In this document: positions 63,193 through 64,000 of the stretch, piece after piece | How positions within the stretch are numbered: position 1 is the first letter of the stretch | Layout of the letters: each line of letters begins with the position of its first letter | Source: Azolla caroliniana | Lineage: Eukaryota; Plantae; Polypodiophyta | Reading direction: 5' to 3' | Assembly: GCA_043228905.1 (NCBI GenBank) | Contig: JBHGNT010000001.1 | Coordinates: forward strand, 28,272,001-28,336,000 | DNA length: 64,000 nt | Program-made: the position numbers and the translations under genes | The notes under the pieces: model-generated | The model's input: the letters and a program-made list of their open reading frames with translations, nothing else | Databases searched by the model: none | What the model was told of the DNA's origin: nothing

Positions 63193-64000
63193 TTACAATA
63201 GTTTCTGATTGATGTGTTCTAGCTCACTTGTAAACCTTGATGCTCCATTTTGCTTTCCTAAGGCTTCAACTTTATCAGCTTCATCTCGCATACCTACCAT
63301 AGCATATATATTACTCATGCACACGTATATACCTGCACATCTCCCATCCAACTTTATTGCATTCTCAAATGCCCACCTACCTAGTGATACATTCACCCAT
63401 TTTCGGCAAGAACCTAGGAAGGACACTAGCATTTCGAGACGATCTGAAGGAGATACCTTTTCAATAGTTTCCATGGCCCTTTCAAACTGGCCCGCCCTAC
63501 CGAAAAGATCAACCATACAACCATAGTGATCTAGAGTTGGAATGAGAGTATAAACCCTATCCATAGTATAAAAGTAAGCTTGGCCCTCTTCAACTAGCCC
63601 CGCATGACAACATGCACTAAGCAAGATCATAAATGTGACCATATTTGGCACAATTAAACCTTCTGCTAACATTTTGTCGAAACATGCGAACACCTCTTTA
63701 GCCTCACCACGTTGAGCATAACCAGTAATAAGTACATTCCAACAGATGATATCCCTTTCTAGAAGATTGTCGAATACCTGTTGAGCTTTTCTCATCATCC
63801 CACACTTAGCATACATGTCTATCAATGCTGTGCCAAGCATTAGATTGTTGTTCTCCAGTAGTCCTTGATTCTTGACTTGAGTATGTAATTTTTCTCCTAA
63901 CTCCATCGACCCTATACTTCCACAAGCTTTTATAATACAAGCAAAACTTATTGCATCTGGAGTGAGACCTTGCTTACGCATGCGCCGAAGGCAACTCAAC
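63193..64000 (-). CDS. PLS-E PPR protein, C-terminal part (5' end outside the window)
   Basis: PDAISFACIIKACG, LGTALIDMYAKCG, CWNVLITGYA, HYGCMVDLFGRAG, YVCMSNIYA..G.RDEA; no DYW domain before the stop. Confidence 0.92.
   Translation of the reverse strand, partial: LSCLRRMRKQGLTPDAISFACIIKACGSIGSMELGEKLHTQVKNQGLLENNNLMLGTALIDMYAKCGMMRKAQQVFDNLLERDIICWNVLITGYAQRGEAKEVFACFDKMLAEGLIVPNMVTFMILLSACCHAGLVEEGQAYFYTMDRVYTLIPTLDHYGCMVDLFGRAGQFERAMETIEKVSPSDRLEMLVSFLGSCRKWVNVSLGRWAFENAIKLDGRCAGIYVCMSNIYAMVGMRDEADKVEALGKQNGASRFTSELEHINQKLL

Overview
Eukaryotic land-plant nuclear DNA, probably a fern or other seed-free plant (inferred from the style of the PLS-type PPR genes, the TE families and a mitochondrial-type trnA). 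1-16.3 kb is a stack of nested, mostly degenerate LTR retrotransposons: Ty1/copia, two Ty3/gypsy elements and a gag-only element with a tRNA-Trp PBS. The stand-out feature is an apparently intact 11-exon minus-strand gene (24180->16424, 1823 aa by my splice model). It encodes a cold-shock/OB domain, a ZNFX1-like Upf1-family SF1 helicase, NF-X1-type zinc fingers and two tandem PARP-like ADP-ribosyltransferase domains (first H-Y-E, second H-Y-I), making it a candidate RNA-sensor/ADP-ribosylation effector. The rest of the window holds a PLS-E PPR gene, a MULE transposase with one nonsense codon, nested copia elements, an organellar-type tRNA-Ala(UGC), two LINE 3' ends lying tail to tail, an 8-exon calcineurin B-like (CBL) gene and a second PPR gene cut by the window edge. 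All calls come from manual reading and motif recognition; no database searches were run.
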